DNA of 64,000 nucleotides from a virus, in IMG/VR virus record IMGVR_UViG_3300021964_000015; one strand, 5' to 3'. The notes beneath the pieces were generated by a model, which did not search any database, was not told the DNA's origin, and was given only the letters and a program-made list of their open reading frames with translations. Both the position numbers and the translations under genes were made by a program. Below are positions 1 through 9,001 of this stretch, piece after piece; the first letter of the stretch is position 1; every line of letters starts with the position of its first letter.

Positions 1-971
1 AGAGTAGGACTAATTTATTTGCATTTAGTGCAACTTTTGGTGGGTGGGGTGTATCTAGCAGCGGAGACGGTTCTAATCCTACTAGCCAAACAGTAAGTAT
101 TTCTGCTCCTGATAATACTACACAAACACGTGAATTAACATTCAACAGAACCACTGCCAGTACTAGCAATACTTCTCTTTTTAGTAAAGGCCAGCAGTTG
201 TCTGGTGCTAGCGTCCCAACTGGATCAATTTACGTTAAAGCAGCACGACAGTCTGACATAGGGAAAATCATAAATGTTTATTTATCCCAAACATTCGTAC
301 CTGTAGCCGATCTTCAAGAGGTAACCCTTACAGATAGTTGGCAAAGAGTTTCGAGCGTAGGACAAAATACTTTTACAACTAGCCTTGTAGTGGGTTTATA
401 TGGCGGAACTGCTTCCACTGGCGAAGTTAAAGTTTTGCTTTGGGGCGCCCAACTAGAAGAAGGAGCCTTCCCAACCTCCTACATCCCAACCACCGGCACA
501 GCGTTGACTAGGAACGCGGATGCGGCGAGTATTACTGGGAGTAATTTTAGTAGTTGGTACAACAATACTGGAGGAACTTTTTGCGTAAATTGCAATAGCG
601 CAGATGGAGTAAATGGAGTATTTGCCGTCGGTACTGCTACAAATCCAAACGAAACTTTAAGCTATGATTTCTCTAGTTTTAACAGTTTATCAGCAGATGT
701 TGTACTTAACGGAACATTCAACCCAGTAGGTTCTCCGCATAAATTTGCATCTACGTCTCAAACAGGCGCAATTTCTTTGTGTGCAGATGGTGTTTTGCAA
801 GATATTGATACGGCAACAAACGCACAAAGAGATGGAATCGTACTAAGAATTGGTAATAGAACTACCTATGGCGGGGGGATTTCATCATCACATTTAAACG
901 GCACCCTCTCCCGCCTCACCTACTATCCCTATCGCTTAGCAGACACCCGCCTGCAGTCCCTCACTGCTTAA
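1..971 (+). CDS. tail fibre / receptor-binding-like protein, 5' partial
   Basis: Frame is open from the window edge. WGAQLEEGAFPTSYIPT motif and C-terminal G..SRLTYYP.RL shared with the next gene. Confidence 0.75.
   Translation, partial: SRTNLFAFSATFGGWGVSSSGDGSNPTSQTVSISAPDNTTQTRELTFNRTTASTSNTSLFSKGQQLSGASVPTGSIYVKAARQSDIGKIINVYLSQTFVPVADLQEVTLTDSWQRVSSVGQNTFTTSLVVGLYGGTASTGEVKVLLWGAQLEEGAFPTSYIPTTGTALTRNADAASITGSNFSSWYNNTGGTFCVNCNSADGVNGVFAVGTATNPNETLSYDFSSFNSLSADVVLNGTFNPVGSPHKFASTSQTGAISLCADGVLQDIDTATNAQRDGIVLRIGNRTTYGGGISSSHLNGTLSRLTYYPYRLADTRLQSLTA
441..558 (+). repeat. 118-bp conserved block, copy 1 (copy 2 at 1702-1819)
   Basis: High nucleotide identity by manual alignment between two otherwise divergent paralogs. 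Confidence 0.9.
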
Positions 972-975
972 TATC

Positions 976-2250
976 ATGCCCTGGACTACTACAAACACCG
1001 CCAAAGGCGACAACAAGCTCTATTCAGATGCTAAGGGCGTGGTGCCGAGCCTAGACCTGCGCTTTGCATCACAGAAAAATCTGAATGATTATATGACGGG
1101 CCAGAACTTGATTACGTTTAGTCGTCCAGTAGGTGCTAACCAAAGCCCTGGTACCTACGTCGATGAGAACGGAATCATTCAACTATCAACTGCTGATACA
1201 CCACGCTTCGATCACAACCCAGCGACGGGCGAAAGCCTTGGGTTGTTGATTGAGGAGAGTAGGATTAACCGTGTTCTTCTTTCAATCCCTCCTGCTACCA
1301 GCTCTACTGGTTGGAGTGTAGTCAATGCAACAGGTACTGCTAACGCAATAAGTGCTCCTGATGGCACTTTGAGCGCCACAGAATACAGCATTATCAATAG
1401 CGATCCCAGCACTAAAAGAATATTTAGTTGGCCAATACAAAATCAACCAGTCATAAATCGAACTGTTTCTGTTTTTGCCAAAACAGGTACAGCTAACGAA
1501 TTGTACATGACTGGAATAAATGCAGCTGGAACCATAGTCATAAATTTAAATACAGGCGTGGTAACTACGAACACGTCGGAAAGCACTGTGACAACCGAAG
1601 AATATTTAAATGGCTGGTGGCGTATAGTCCTTACTCAAAATTCCGGTAACGCCTTGCTTTACACGGCCTTACCTTCAGGACAAAGCGGCACCTTTTATCT
1701 TTGGGGCGGCCAAGTAGAAGAAGGATCCTTCGCAACCTCCTACATCCCAACCACAGGCACAGCACTAACGCGGTCGGCGGATGACGCGAGTATTACTGGA
1801 AGTAATTTTAGTAGTTGGTTTGTACAGAATAATGGCAGCTTTTACTGTAAAGCTGACTTACAATCCCCCGCCTCCAGTGGTCAGAGTCCTATATTTTCTG
1901 TCGATAGCTCAGGTGCTAATTATCGAGTAGCATCCCGTCGCGCCACTTTGGGAGTAAGAAACAGTTCATCAGGAACTGATGGTATAGATATTACCAACTT
2001 TTCGGTGTGGAATGGTGAAGTTAAGGAGTTTGCTTTAACTTGGGTCGCCAATGATTGTGCTTTGGTCGATTCTGGAACTTTAATAGGAACTGACACAACT
2101 ACTCTAAATCCACTTTCAACCGTAAACCAGCTACTTATCGGCAATGTTAATGTCGGCGGATTTCTATCCAGAATGGGAGGCCACATCTCCCGCCTCACCT
2201 ACTTCCCTGATAGATTAGAGAACAGTGTTTTGCAAGCAATTACGCAATGA
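976..2250 (+). CDS. tail fibre / receptor-binding-like protein (paralog of upstream gene)
   Basis: PSLDLRFA, PRFDHNP...GLLIEESR and WGGQVEEGSFATSYIPT motifs typical of phage tail-associated lectin-like proteins. Confidence 0.75.
   Translation: MPWTTTNTAKGDNKLYSDAKGVVPSLDLRFASQKNLNDYMTGQNLITFSRPVGANQSPGTYVDENGIIQLSTADTPRFDHNPATGESLGLLIEESRINRVLLSIPPATSSTGWSVVNATGTANAISAPDGTLSATEYSIINSDPSTKRIFSWPIQNQPVINRTVSVFAKTGTANELYMTGINAAGTIVINLNTGVVTTNTSESTVTTEEYLNGWWRIVLTQNSGNALLYTALPSGQSGTFYLWGGQVEEGSFATSYIPTTGTALTRSADDASITGSNFSSWFVQNNGSFYCKADLQSPASSGQSPIFSVDSSGANYRVASRRATLGVRNSSSGTDGIDITNFSVWNGEVKEFALTWVANDCALVDSGTLIGTDTTTLNPLSTVNQLLIGNVNVGGFLSRMGGHISRLTYFPDRLENSVLQAITQ
1702..1819 (+). repeat. 118-bp conserved block, copy 2
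   Basis: Aligns without gaps to 441-558. Confidence 0.9.
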
Positions 2251-2780
2251 CCAGCGGAGTTATGAACGAGCAAAGGATTAAAAATTTTTGGGCAAAAGTC
2301 AAAAAAACTGAAAACAAAGTAGAGTGCTGGCTATGGGAGGCGGCAAAAAACGATAAAGGTTACGGGGTTTTTCAGGTAGGCTGGAAAGTTCAAAAACGCG
2401 CCCATCGCATAGCATACGAACTTACCTATGGAACCATCAAAGAAGGTTTAATTGTTTGTCACACTTGCGATAATCCGTCTTGCGTGAATCCTTACCATTT
2501 ATTTCTTGGTACTGTTAAAGATAACGTTGATGATATGATTGCCAAGGGCCGCAAGGTAAATTGCTATGGACAAAAAAACGGCGCGGCCAAATTAAGCGAT
2601 CAAGATATTGTAGCAATTTATTTTGACGAGAGGACAAATGTTGAAATTGCAAAAATCTATGGCATAAGCCCTTCATTTGTAAGCCAGGTTCGTAGAAAAA
2701 AGATTCGCAAAAAAGCTACCGCGCATTTGCCTGAGCAACTAAAACGCAAGCCTGGTTCAGGAAGCCCTGCTTATCGTTGA
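2247..2780 (+). CDS. HNH homing endonuclease
   Basis: CWLW..KGYG..RAHRIAY..VCHTCDNPSCVNPYHLFLGT..DN motif with HTH-like C-terminus. Confidence 0.9.
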   Translation: MTSGVMNEQRIKNFWAKVKKTENKVECWLWEAAKNDKGYGVFQVGWKVQKRAHRIAYELTYGTIKEGLIVCHTCDNPSCVNPYHLFLGTVKDNVDDMIAKGRKVNCYGQKNGAAKLSDQDIVAIYFDERTNVEIAKIYGISPSFVSQVRRKKIRKKATAHLPEQLKRKPGSGSPAYR

Positions 2781-2783
2781 AAA

Positions 2784-2831
2784 ATGGAACGCCTCCCTGA
2801 CGCAACTCTTCAAGCCATCACCGCATCGTAA
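2784..2831 (+). pseudogene. displaced 3' end of tail-fibre gene (ERLPDATLQAITAS*)
   Basis: Peptide aligns with DRLENSVLQAITQ* (end of 976-2250) and YRLADTRLQSLTA* (end of 1-971). Confidence 0.75.
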
Positions 2832-2962
2832 TCCGCTAGTATGCGCAAGCAATCTTTCACCGAGAGATCACAAGCGTTCCGTAGCGTCCGGCTGCGTTAA
2901 GGCTGGCACCGCGTGAGGACCAGCTACCGGACACCAAATTAATTTTTTGTTTCTTGGGTAAG

Positions 2963-3289
2963 ATGAGTATTCCTAATTTCAAGTCCCAAGAAGATTGGGA
3001 AGCATTTGCCAGCATGTTTGATGCACGCTGGCATTGCAAGAAAGCATTGCTAGAACGTGTCAAAGATGATCTATATCCTAAGTATGAATGGTTTGAACTC
3101 ACTGCAGGAGCACTTGAAACTATCAATGACATCGTACAATCTCTGTTGTATGACACAGAGTTTGAATTTGAGCAGAAGTATCCTGAATACAAACGTGATA
3201 TGGATGATATTTTTGTCCCACGCCAATCATTCAAAGAAACTGTGACAGAAGCATTGCTAGAAGCAAATCAAAAATTATCAAATTTATAA
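2963..3289 (+). CDS. hypothetical protein
   Basis: 108-aa acidic ORF from ATG 2963. Confidence 0.7.
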   Translation: MSIPNFKSQEDWEAFASMFDARWHCKKALLERVKDDLYPKYEWFELTAGALETINDIVQSLLYDTEFEFEQKYPEYKRDMDDIFVPRQSFKETVTEALLEANQKLSNL

Positions 3290-3663
3290 GTAATTCGCAG
3301 CTCGCCACCAAGGCTTTTCACTGCTTCACTAGCATTTGCTGGTGGAGCCATTTCTATTAACACTGAAGGAACCCCCTCGTCTGGTAGTGGCGTAATTTTT
3401 GCATTTGGAAATTTTTGCTTCGCCTGTTTGCTTAATTTGTCAGACAAAAGCTTGTTCTCATTATTTTTCCATTGCTCCAACAGTTGTTTTGCCTCACCAT
3501 TGATTTCCTCCATCACCACTTTTGTTTTCCATTCTGACCACGCAGGTAAGCATTCCTTCATTGCCTCTTTAAAAGAAGAAATTATTACAAGCCATGGAAA
3601 CCTAGAAACTGCCCATAAACCAGCTTCGTAAAACAATGCTTTAAACCAACTTTCTGCGCTCAT
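3268..3663 (-). CDS. hypothetical protein in lysis module
   Basis: Overlaps the endolysin stop (ATGA coupling). Confidence 0.7.
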   Translation of the reverse strand: MSAESWFKALFYEAGLWAVSRFPWLVIISSFKEAMKECLPAWSEWKTKVVMEEINGEAKQLLEQWKNNENKLLSDKLSKQAKQKFPNAKITPLPDEGVPSVLIEMAPPANASEAVKSLGGELRITYKFDNF

Positions 3664-4613
3664 TGGCTTTCTTGAAATACGCTCACGTACACCGTGCCAC
3701 TTTTTGTAAGTGGCACTAGCCTGTCCCTTAAGTCAACATTAAAACATCTAATGCAACCATGGGTGGAAAATAATGGTTGTTTGGGCTGCCATGCACCAGG
3801 CCAACCACATGCACTTCCGCCACCGTGAATCATGATGCCTGCTCTGCCATATTTTGCTTCTTGATTTTCAAGCTCAATCAAATCAAAACTATACCAACCA
3901 TAGGAAATTAACGTGCGATTAAAATAAGGAGATTCGCCATAAATTTCGTAGTCTTTATAAATGGCGCCAATTTTATAAAGCCCAGGAGGCGTGTCTGAAT
4001 TGACCACCTTCCATTCAAAATCACTATATTGTCCTCGTGCCAAGCAGGGAATTTCCCAAAGAAATTCCCCTGCGAAATTGTACGCCTTCATCGTTTCCAC
4101 TACATCATTGACGATGAGGTGGTGATCTCCTTGTTTGAAACCTTCTTGATGAGGCGTTCTATTTGGGCCAATCATTGTGACAGTGGTTGATTCTGGAGCA
4201 TATTGCTTCATCAGCTTTGAAAGCTTAACAGGATAGGAAGGGTCGGTGGCATATCCTTGCTCTTTTAACATTCTTGCTGCGGCATAACGATTGGGCGCAT
4301 TATTTACGCCTTTAAAATGCCGATAGTTTTTATACCATTTTGTAACTAAATATTCAATGCATGCATTAAGACTAGGGAAATCAATAAAACTTGCTGTGAT
4401 TGTCACCCATTGACCATCGTACCATTCTTGAGTGCTACGATTAGAACCACCTCCTTTTAAACCTAAGTAGTTATTTTTTCCTGAAGTGTGAAGTCCAAAG
4501 CCGCTTTCTAGGCAGCATTGAGCAGCAACTAATTCAGGAAATCGTGCACCATGTTTCCTGGCAATTTGGAAGCAATCGTCCCAAAAAGCCAAATTATTTT
4601 TCCACATAGCCAA
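3660..4613 (-). CDS. endolysin: GH73 glucosaminidase plus YkuD/L,D-transpeptidase-like domain
   Basis: AQCCLESG..NNYLGLK..GYATDPSY (GH73); TPPGLY..IMIHGG..THGCIR (YkuD-like). Confidence 0.85.
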   Translation of the reverse strand: MAMWKNNLAFWDDCFQIARKHGARFPELVAAQCCLESGFGLHTSGKNNYLGLKGGGSNRSTQEWYDGQWVTITASFIDFPSLNACIEYLVTKWYKNYRHFKGVNNAPNRYAAARMLKEQGYATDPSYPVKLSKLMKQYAPESTTVTMIGPNRTPHQEGFKQGDHHLIVNDVVETMKAYNFAGEFLWEIPCLARGQYSDFEWKVVNSDTPPGLYKIGAIYKDYEIYGESPYFNRTLISYGWYSFDLIELENQEAKYGRAGIMIHGGGSACGWPGAWQPKQPLFSTHGCIRCFNVDLRDRLVPLTKSGTVYVSVFQESQ

Positions 4614-4628
4614 TGGCCAATAAGTGAA

Positions 4629-4772
4629 TTAGTTCTTCACGCGAAACACAGCCTTCAGTCCAGTGAGGATGAGCTGAAGCACGTTATTTTCTTTGTAGGG
4701 AGTGCGTTCAATAATCTGGTCAGCAGCTGCAACGATAATGCCACCAATTACGAACCATTCAACGCCAGACAT
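4629..4772 (-). CDS. small membrane protein, holin candidate (47 aa)
   Basis: Read manually: MSGVEWFVIGGIIVAAADQIIERTPYKENNVLQLILTGLKAVFRVKN; directly upstream of the endolysin. Confidence 0.6.
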   Translation of the reverse strand: MSGVEWFVIGGIIVAAADQIIERTPYKENNVLQLILTGLKAVFRVKN

Positions 4773-4798
4773 TTGCTTTCCCGAGAGTTTTCTTTAGC

Positions 4799-4999
4799 TT
4801 AGCGCCTAATCTCCAAACTTCTCACTCTTGTTTCTAATTGCTGCACATTATCAGTGAGCGTATCAAGGTTTTTTGTAATAGCTTCCACTTGCGTGGTGAT
4901 CCTCATTTGCTGTTGTCCCACTGCAATTAGCATCCCACCAGATGCTAATAACATGCCCGCAGTTAGCGTAGCCACAAAGTTACTAACACCTTCGCCCAT
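4799..4999 (-). CDS. membrane-anchored coiled-coil protein (lysis module)
   Basis: N-terminal hydrophobic helix followed by a heptad pattern. Confidence 0.6.
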   Translation of the reverse strand: MGEGVSNFVATLTAGMLLASGGMLIAVGQQQMRITTQVEAITKNLDTLTDNVQQLETRVRSLEIRR

Positions 5000-5072
5000 T
5001 TGGCTTGATTCTTTTTATTTTATTATAGGAGCTTCCTTTAGTGGTAACAGTTTTTTAGACTAGCAATAGCAA

Positions 5073-5621
5073 TTGAAGATGGGCGTCATGTTTGTGGCGT
5101 ATGAGCCTGATGATTACATTACTGGACTTATTGAACTCAGGAAATCAGACGCCACCAGACGCTTTCGTAAATCAATCTTTGACGACTATCCTTTAAGGGG
5201 ACCACTAGGACAAGCAGCATGCGCATATTGTGGGCGATGGAATGAAAAACTGACCATTGATCACATTGTTCCCAAAAGCAAAGGAGGTCCTCATTTTGCG
5301 CGTTGGAACATGGTGCCAGCATGCAAGCGTTGTAATCTGGCGAAAACTAATTTGCCGGTGTTTGAATGGTGGCGACCAACCGTGCAATGGTCTGGACAGC
5401 GAGAAGAGGTGTTGATGGCTTGGACCTATGCGAATAGCTTCATTGATGCTCGCACTGATTCAGCAGAATATTGGAAGTTTCTTGCGGAAAATCGAGTGGT
5501 GCAAATGGTACAAGTGGGGCAAGAGGCAATTAAAAAAGACGAAAATCCAAGAAAAAAAGGGCCCTTTTGTGGCCCTTTTTCTTTACAAGATTTAGGAGGC
5601 ATTGGATGGGCTGCTGCTTAA
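5073..5621 (+). CDS. HNH endonuclease (McrA-like)
   Basis: [28 protein letters not shown]; true start may be ATG 5079 or 5088. Confidence 0.9.
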   Translation: MKMGVMFVAYEPDDYITGLIELRKSDATRRFRKSIFDDYPLRGPLGQAACAYCGRWNEKLTIDHIVPKSKGGPHFARWNMVPACKRCNLAKTNLPVFEWWRPTVQWSGQREEVLMAWTYANSFIDARTDSAEYWKFLAENRVVQMVQVGQEAIKKDENPRKKGPFCGPFSLQDLGGIGWAAA

Positions 5622-5777
5622 TCGCAACAGCTGAATTTTGCGTTCTTCTACTAGATGAGCAGAACTTACGCAAGAAATTAGTTCTAATGAAGGGTAGGAG
5701 ATTTCGTACACTTCTTGATTGTGGCAGTCCACATAGAAGCGCACTTGAGCGTCGTCAATGGATGTCATTGATTGCAT
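5592..5777 (-). CDS. hypothetical protein
   Basis: Last of a chain of overlapping minus-strand ORFs. Confidence 0.5.
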   Translation of the reverse strand: MQSMTSIDDAQVRFYVDCHNQEVYEISYPSLELISCVSSAHLVEERKIQLLRLSSSPSNAS

Positions 5778-6018
5778 CTAGAGCTTTGTTCATATTGGAG
5801 AGTTGGCGTTGCGGCCATTCACGGGCATAGCTAATTGCCATTTTTAAATCGCGAATTAGAGGCTCAGCTCCGCAATCTTCTCCATCGTCACAGAGGTATT
5901 CATCAATAGAATCGAGGAGTCGCTCGTAACGGCTTTGAGACCATTGTTTCCGCCAGTTTTCGTCAAGCAATGGAGGAGTGTTTTCAATTGTCATTGGAAG
6001 TGCGTGGAAATTGATCAA
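5755..6018 (-). CDS. hypothetical protein
   Basis: Overlapping operon chain; start probably ATG 5994. Confidence 0.65.
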   Translation of the reverse strand: MINFHALPMTIENTPPLLDENWRKQWSQSRYERLLDSIDEYLCDDGEDCGAEPLIRDLKMAISYAREWPQRQLSNMNKALDAINDIH

Positions 6019-6289
6019 GGCGAATGGCGTCGTCGATGATTTTGTCAGTGGCAGCCATAATTTCGTCTAGTTTATTAAGCTTATCAAGATACCAGGCGGC
6101 TTTCTTGAGGCTATCTTTTCCCTTGTGTCGTTCTCGCCATAAATATTTAGCAATGTTCCCTTTTAGAAAGCCACGATACTCCTCAATGGTGAGCTGAGCT
6201 TCGATGGCTTCAATGCATTCAATCCCTTTGCCATTTGTGTAATGCGGAGGATTATTCACCATGTCAATGGCGTCAGAATGATTGCCCAT
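5984..6289 (-). CDS. DUF3310 family protein
   Basis: DMVNNPPHYT..IECIEAI..GFLKGNIAKYLWR..KG.DSLKKAAWYL signature. Confidence 0.9.
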   Translation of the reverse strand: MGNHSDAIDMVNNPPHYTNGKGIECIEAIEAQLTIEEYRGFLKGNIAKYLWRERHKGKDSLKKAAWYLDKLNKLDEIMAATDKIIDDAIRLDQFPRTSNDN

Positions 6290-6998
6290 TGTTTTTAAAT
6301 GCTTCAAAGGATTCGGAAACAATTGGTTCTGCAGCTTTTGCCATGCAATCGGCATAAGCGCGAATTTCCCACTGTGCATCAGCTGGTTGCCTGAGACTCA
6401 GGAAATGCAAAAGTGCCTGCAAGCTGCACGTCCATACGAAACTAGTGTAATGGCACGTTGGCAGGATGCCTCGTGCCTGCTCCTTGCTCACGCCTGCCAG
6501 CAGCAATGAGCCATATGCCTCTCTTACGGCCTGGAGCGCCTCAGCGTAAGCATTGAAAGCAATGCCTTGCGCGTCCTTTTCAAGCGGGCCTGCTGATGCT
6601 TGCTTGTTACTTTCGCTTTGCTTTCTAAATTCCTTTGGGAAATAAAACTCTTCTTCATCAGCTGCGCAATAACGAAAGCTTTTTTCATTCCAGCCCAATT
6701 GATCATTTGCATAGGAAGAACCAATTACATGCTTCCACCATTGTCTTGCAACAAAGAGTGGTGCTTTGACTTGCCATTTAAAAACTACGCCTCTAAAAGG
6801 ACTTGTGTGTCGATGGGCAACCAAGTAATTGAGAAGCTTCTTTTCCCTTGTGCCGAAGTCTGGCGTTTCAAGGTCAAAACTTTGCCGCGCATCACAAACG
6901 ATGTCAATGTCACTTCCCATGTAGTCGAGAAGCCGAACAGCGCTAATACCATCACCGAGGGGATCATGCTTTTCAAAAGAAGAAGAGGAATTAGTCAT
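6273..6998 (-). CDS. thyX: FAD-dependent thymidylate synthase
   Basis: HTSPF, APLFVARQW.KH, WNEKSFRY, KEQARGILP, LR...AQWEIR motifs. Confidence 0.93.
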   Translation of the reverse strand: MTNSSSSFEKHDPLGDGISAVRLLDYMGSDIDIVCDARQSFDLETPDFGTREKKLLNYLVAHRHTSPFRGVVFKWQVKAPLFVARQWWKHVIGSSYANDQLGWNEKSFRYCAADEEEFYFPKEFRKQSESNKQASAGPLEKDAQGIAFNAYAEALQAVREAYGSLLLAGVSKEQARGILPTCHYTSFVWTCSLQALLHFLSLRQPADAQWEIRAYADCMAKAAEPIVSESFEAFKNNGQSF

Positions 6999-7357
6999 TT
7001 TTCGTGGCGAAGTCTTGAAAGTGCTGTGACACTAATACGGGAAGGATGTTGTGAGGTGGCATCCCAAACCACTTTTGCTTTTGATAGGTTCCTTCCAATA
7101 GAGTCCTGGTAGGTTTCAAGAGAAAGGATGCATCCTTTGATTCCTGAATTAATCCAACCAGCTGCTGTGAGTGATAGTAACACCACTCGCTGTCCTTCTT
7201 TAAATGGCTCATGATGACATGCTTTTAAGGACTGCCGGAAAGCTGTTTGAGGCAAAACCGTAATAGATGGTTCGGAGGTTTCGCCAGATTTTGCATGGTG
7301 CACAAACGCCTTCCGTCTGTCTAGCAGGGTTACGCTAGAGGAAAAGGAAAAGGCCAT
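6995..7357 (-). CDS. hypothetical protein
   Basis: Coupled to thyX by ATGA overlap; start uncertain. Confidence 0.5.
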   Translation of the reverse strand: MAFSFSSSVTLLDRRKAFVHHAKSGETSEPSITVLPQTAFRQSLKACHHEPFKEGQRVVLLSLTAAGWINSGIKGCILSLETYQDSIGRNLSKAKVVWDATSQHPSRISVTALSRLRHEK

Positions 7358-7742
7358 GCAGTACAGCTTGCCGGTGATTTTGGATTACGATGGGAAGAAA
7401 CGAATTGTTGAAATGGGACCATTTGAGCACAGCATGGAAAGGGAATTTTCAATGGCCGTCAACAAGAAGGCTATTGATGAATGCCAAGACATCAAACAGC
7501 TCAAAGAGGTGGCTGGGAATTTACTGGTGGGATGGAGCAATTTGCAGGGCGCCGTAAGTGAATTGATCAAAGAAAACATCAAGCTGCGTCATGCCATTCA
7601 ATTGCAGGATAGGGATTTGGAGGCTGCAGAGAAGCTAATGATGGAAGCGGCTGAGCTTATTGAGAAGCGAGGTGTTGATCATTCCAAATCGCCTTTCCAA
7701 TCTTCTCGATCCAGGAAACGTTGGTGGCAGTTGTGGAAGTGA
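7356..7742 (+). CDS. hypothetical coiled-coil protein
   Basis: 128-aa ORF with purine-rich upstream region. Confidence 0.65.
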   Translation: MQYSLPVILDYDGKKRIVEMGPFEHSMEREFSMAVNKKAIDECQDIKQLKEVAGNLLVGWSNLQGAVSELIKENIKLRHAIQLQDRDLEAAEKLMMEAAELIEKRGVDHSKSPFQSSRSRKRWWQLWK

Positions 7743-8037
7743 GAAGGTAAACCTTCCATCCACTTATCATGGCCAGATTGTATTTTCTGGCATCCCGATC
7801 GTATCCTGACCCTGAAACATGGCGGCCCCTCATGTAGGTGCCGCCTTGAATTTCAATGAGAGAGCGGGAGGAAGGAAAGGCGAAATCAGCTCTGTAACGC
7901 TTAGAGCGTTTGCTTTTAGCGTAGCGCTCTTGAAAATCTTCTTCCCACATTGGCACATCACTAAACTCACGGAGAAGAGTTAGTTGGGGCCAATGTAGTT
8001 TCCATTCTGCATGGAATTTATCTTCAAGAGCACTCAC
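7657..8037 (-). CDS. PD-(D/E)XK / Vsr-like endonuclease (possible resolvase)
   Basis: YRADFAFP..LIEIQGG..RH..GY.RD..KYN.A...GWKV. Confidence 0.8.
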   Translation of the reverse strand: MSALEDKFHAEWKLHWPQLTLLREFSDVPMWEEDFQERYAKSKRSKRYRADFAFPSSRSLIEIQGGTYMRGRHVSGSGYDRDARKYNLAMISGWKVYLLTSTTATNVSWIEKIGKAIWNDQHLASQ

Positions 8038-8041
8038 GAGA

Positions 8042-8608
8042 TCACACCTTTGCAGTGGTTACGCTAGCGCCTTGGTTTTGATACTTGCCTTCATAAGGCT
8101 TTGCCACTTCACCACAACGGAATAACACCACTTGAGCAATTCCTTCATTGGCATACACGCGAATATGCCTTGCAGTGGGATTAATGAGACTCATTGTGAG
8201 ATGACCAGACCATCCAGGTTCGATGGGGGTGATGTTGGCAATAAGGCCAGCACGAGCATATGTGGACTTGCCCCAGCACAGCCCCATCACATCGTTTGGC
8301 ATAGTGAAACGTTCAACGCTCACGCCAAGAGCATGACAACCAGGAGGCACAAGAAAGAAGTCGCCATTGACGCTTGCCTGCAAATGGGCTTGACGCCCTT
8401 CTGGAGCTTCTTTCACGTCAAAACAAGCAGCATTTTGCTCGTAAACAACGAAAGACGATGGTGACAAGCGAATGTCATAGCCGCTTTGGCTAAGGCCAAA
8501 ACTAAGAGCAGGTTGTCCATTGGCAAGGCTTTTGGTTTTCTCGCCCACATAGGGCATGAAAATGTCCAGTTCAGCAAGCTTGCTGATTTCGATGTCGTTA
8601 AGGAGCAT
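8042..8608 (-). CDS. dcd: dCTP deaminase
   Basis: SFGLSQSGYDIRL, GKSTYARAG, TPIEPGWSG, YANEGIAQ, GKYQNQ. Confidence 0.92.
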   Translation of the reverse strand: MLLNDIEISKLAELDIFMPYVGEKTKSLANGQPALSFGLSQSGYDIRLSPSSFVVYEQNAACFDVKEAPEGRQAHLQASVNGDFFLVPPGCHALGVSVERFTMPNDVMGLCWGKSTYARAGLIANITPIEPGWSGHLTMSLINPTARHIRVYANEGIAQVVLFRCGEVAKPYEGKYQNQGASVTTAKV

Positions 8609-8626
8609 TGCAGGAAAGAAAGGGAC

Positions 8627-8655
8627 AAAAAAGGGCGCTTTTAAGAGCGCCCTTA
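8627..8655 (-). terminator. intrinsic terminator
   Basis: AAGGGCGCT/AGCGCCCTT stem followed by a T-run on the minus strand, after the SSB-like gene. Confidence 0.65.
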
Positions 8656-8681
8656 ATTTTCACTTCAGAGCAAACGATGGA

Positions 8682-8954
8682 TCAGAAAAGATCGTCGGAA
8701 GCTTTGCTGCTGGCACCACCAGCATTGGAAGAGTTGTCCCACATGGAGGCATAACCCTTAGCTCCATCAATCTTGCCTTTCACTTGCACTTGGCCAGTGA
8801 AGCCAGGCTGAGAGGCGTTGGTTTTGCGATCGTTGTTCCACAAGGAAGCTTGCAGGCTGTACATGCCACGATCATTCGGGCCTTTTTCCTTGGCTTCGCG
8901 GAAAACATCAGCAGGAATGTCGATGGCGACTTTGTAAAGAGGCTGGCTGGCCAT
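8682..8954 (-). CDS. single-stranded DNA-binding protein (putative)
   Basis: Small beta-rich protein with QP.FTG motif and acidic DDLF C-terminus, next to exonuclease and annealing protein. Confidence 0.65.
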   Translation of the reverse strand: MASQPLYKVAIDIPADVFREAKEKGPNDRGMYSLQASLWNNDRKTNASQPGFTGQVQVKGKIDGAKGYASMWDNSSNAGGASSKASDDLF

Positions 8955-9001
8955 GAAAAGAAAATGAGAACGAAATAACAGTAGCAACTACAGAGAGGAA
9001 G

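Noticed and set aside
441-1819. Diversity-generating retroelement TR/VR pair
   Set aside because: Differences are not confined to adenines, both copies are coding, and no reverse transcriptase is in the window.
2209-2786. Group I intron (follows T, ends in G)
   Set aside because: Almost entirely coding with no room for a catalytic core, and the host gene already has a replacement C-terminus.
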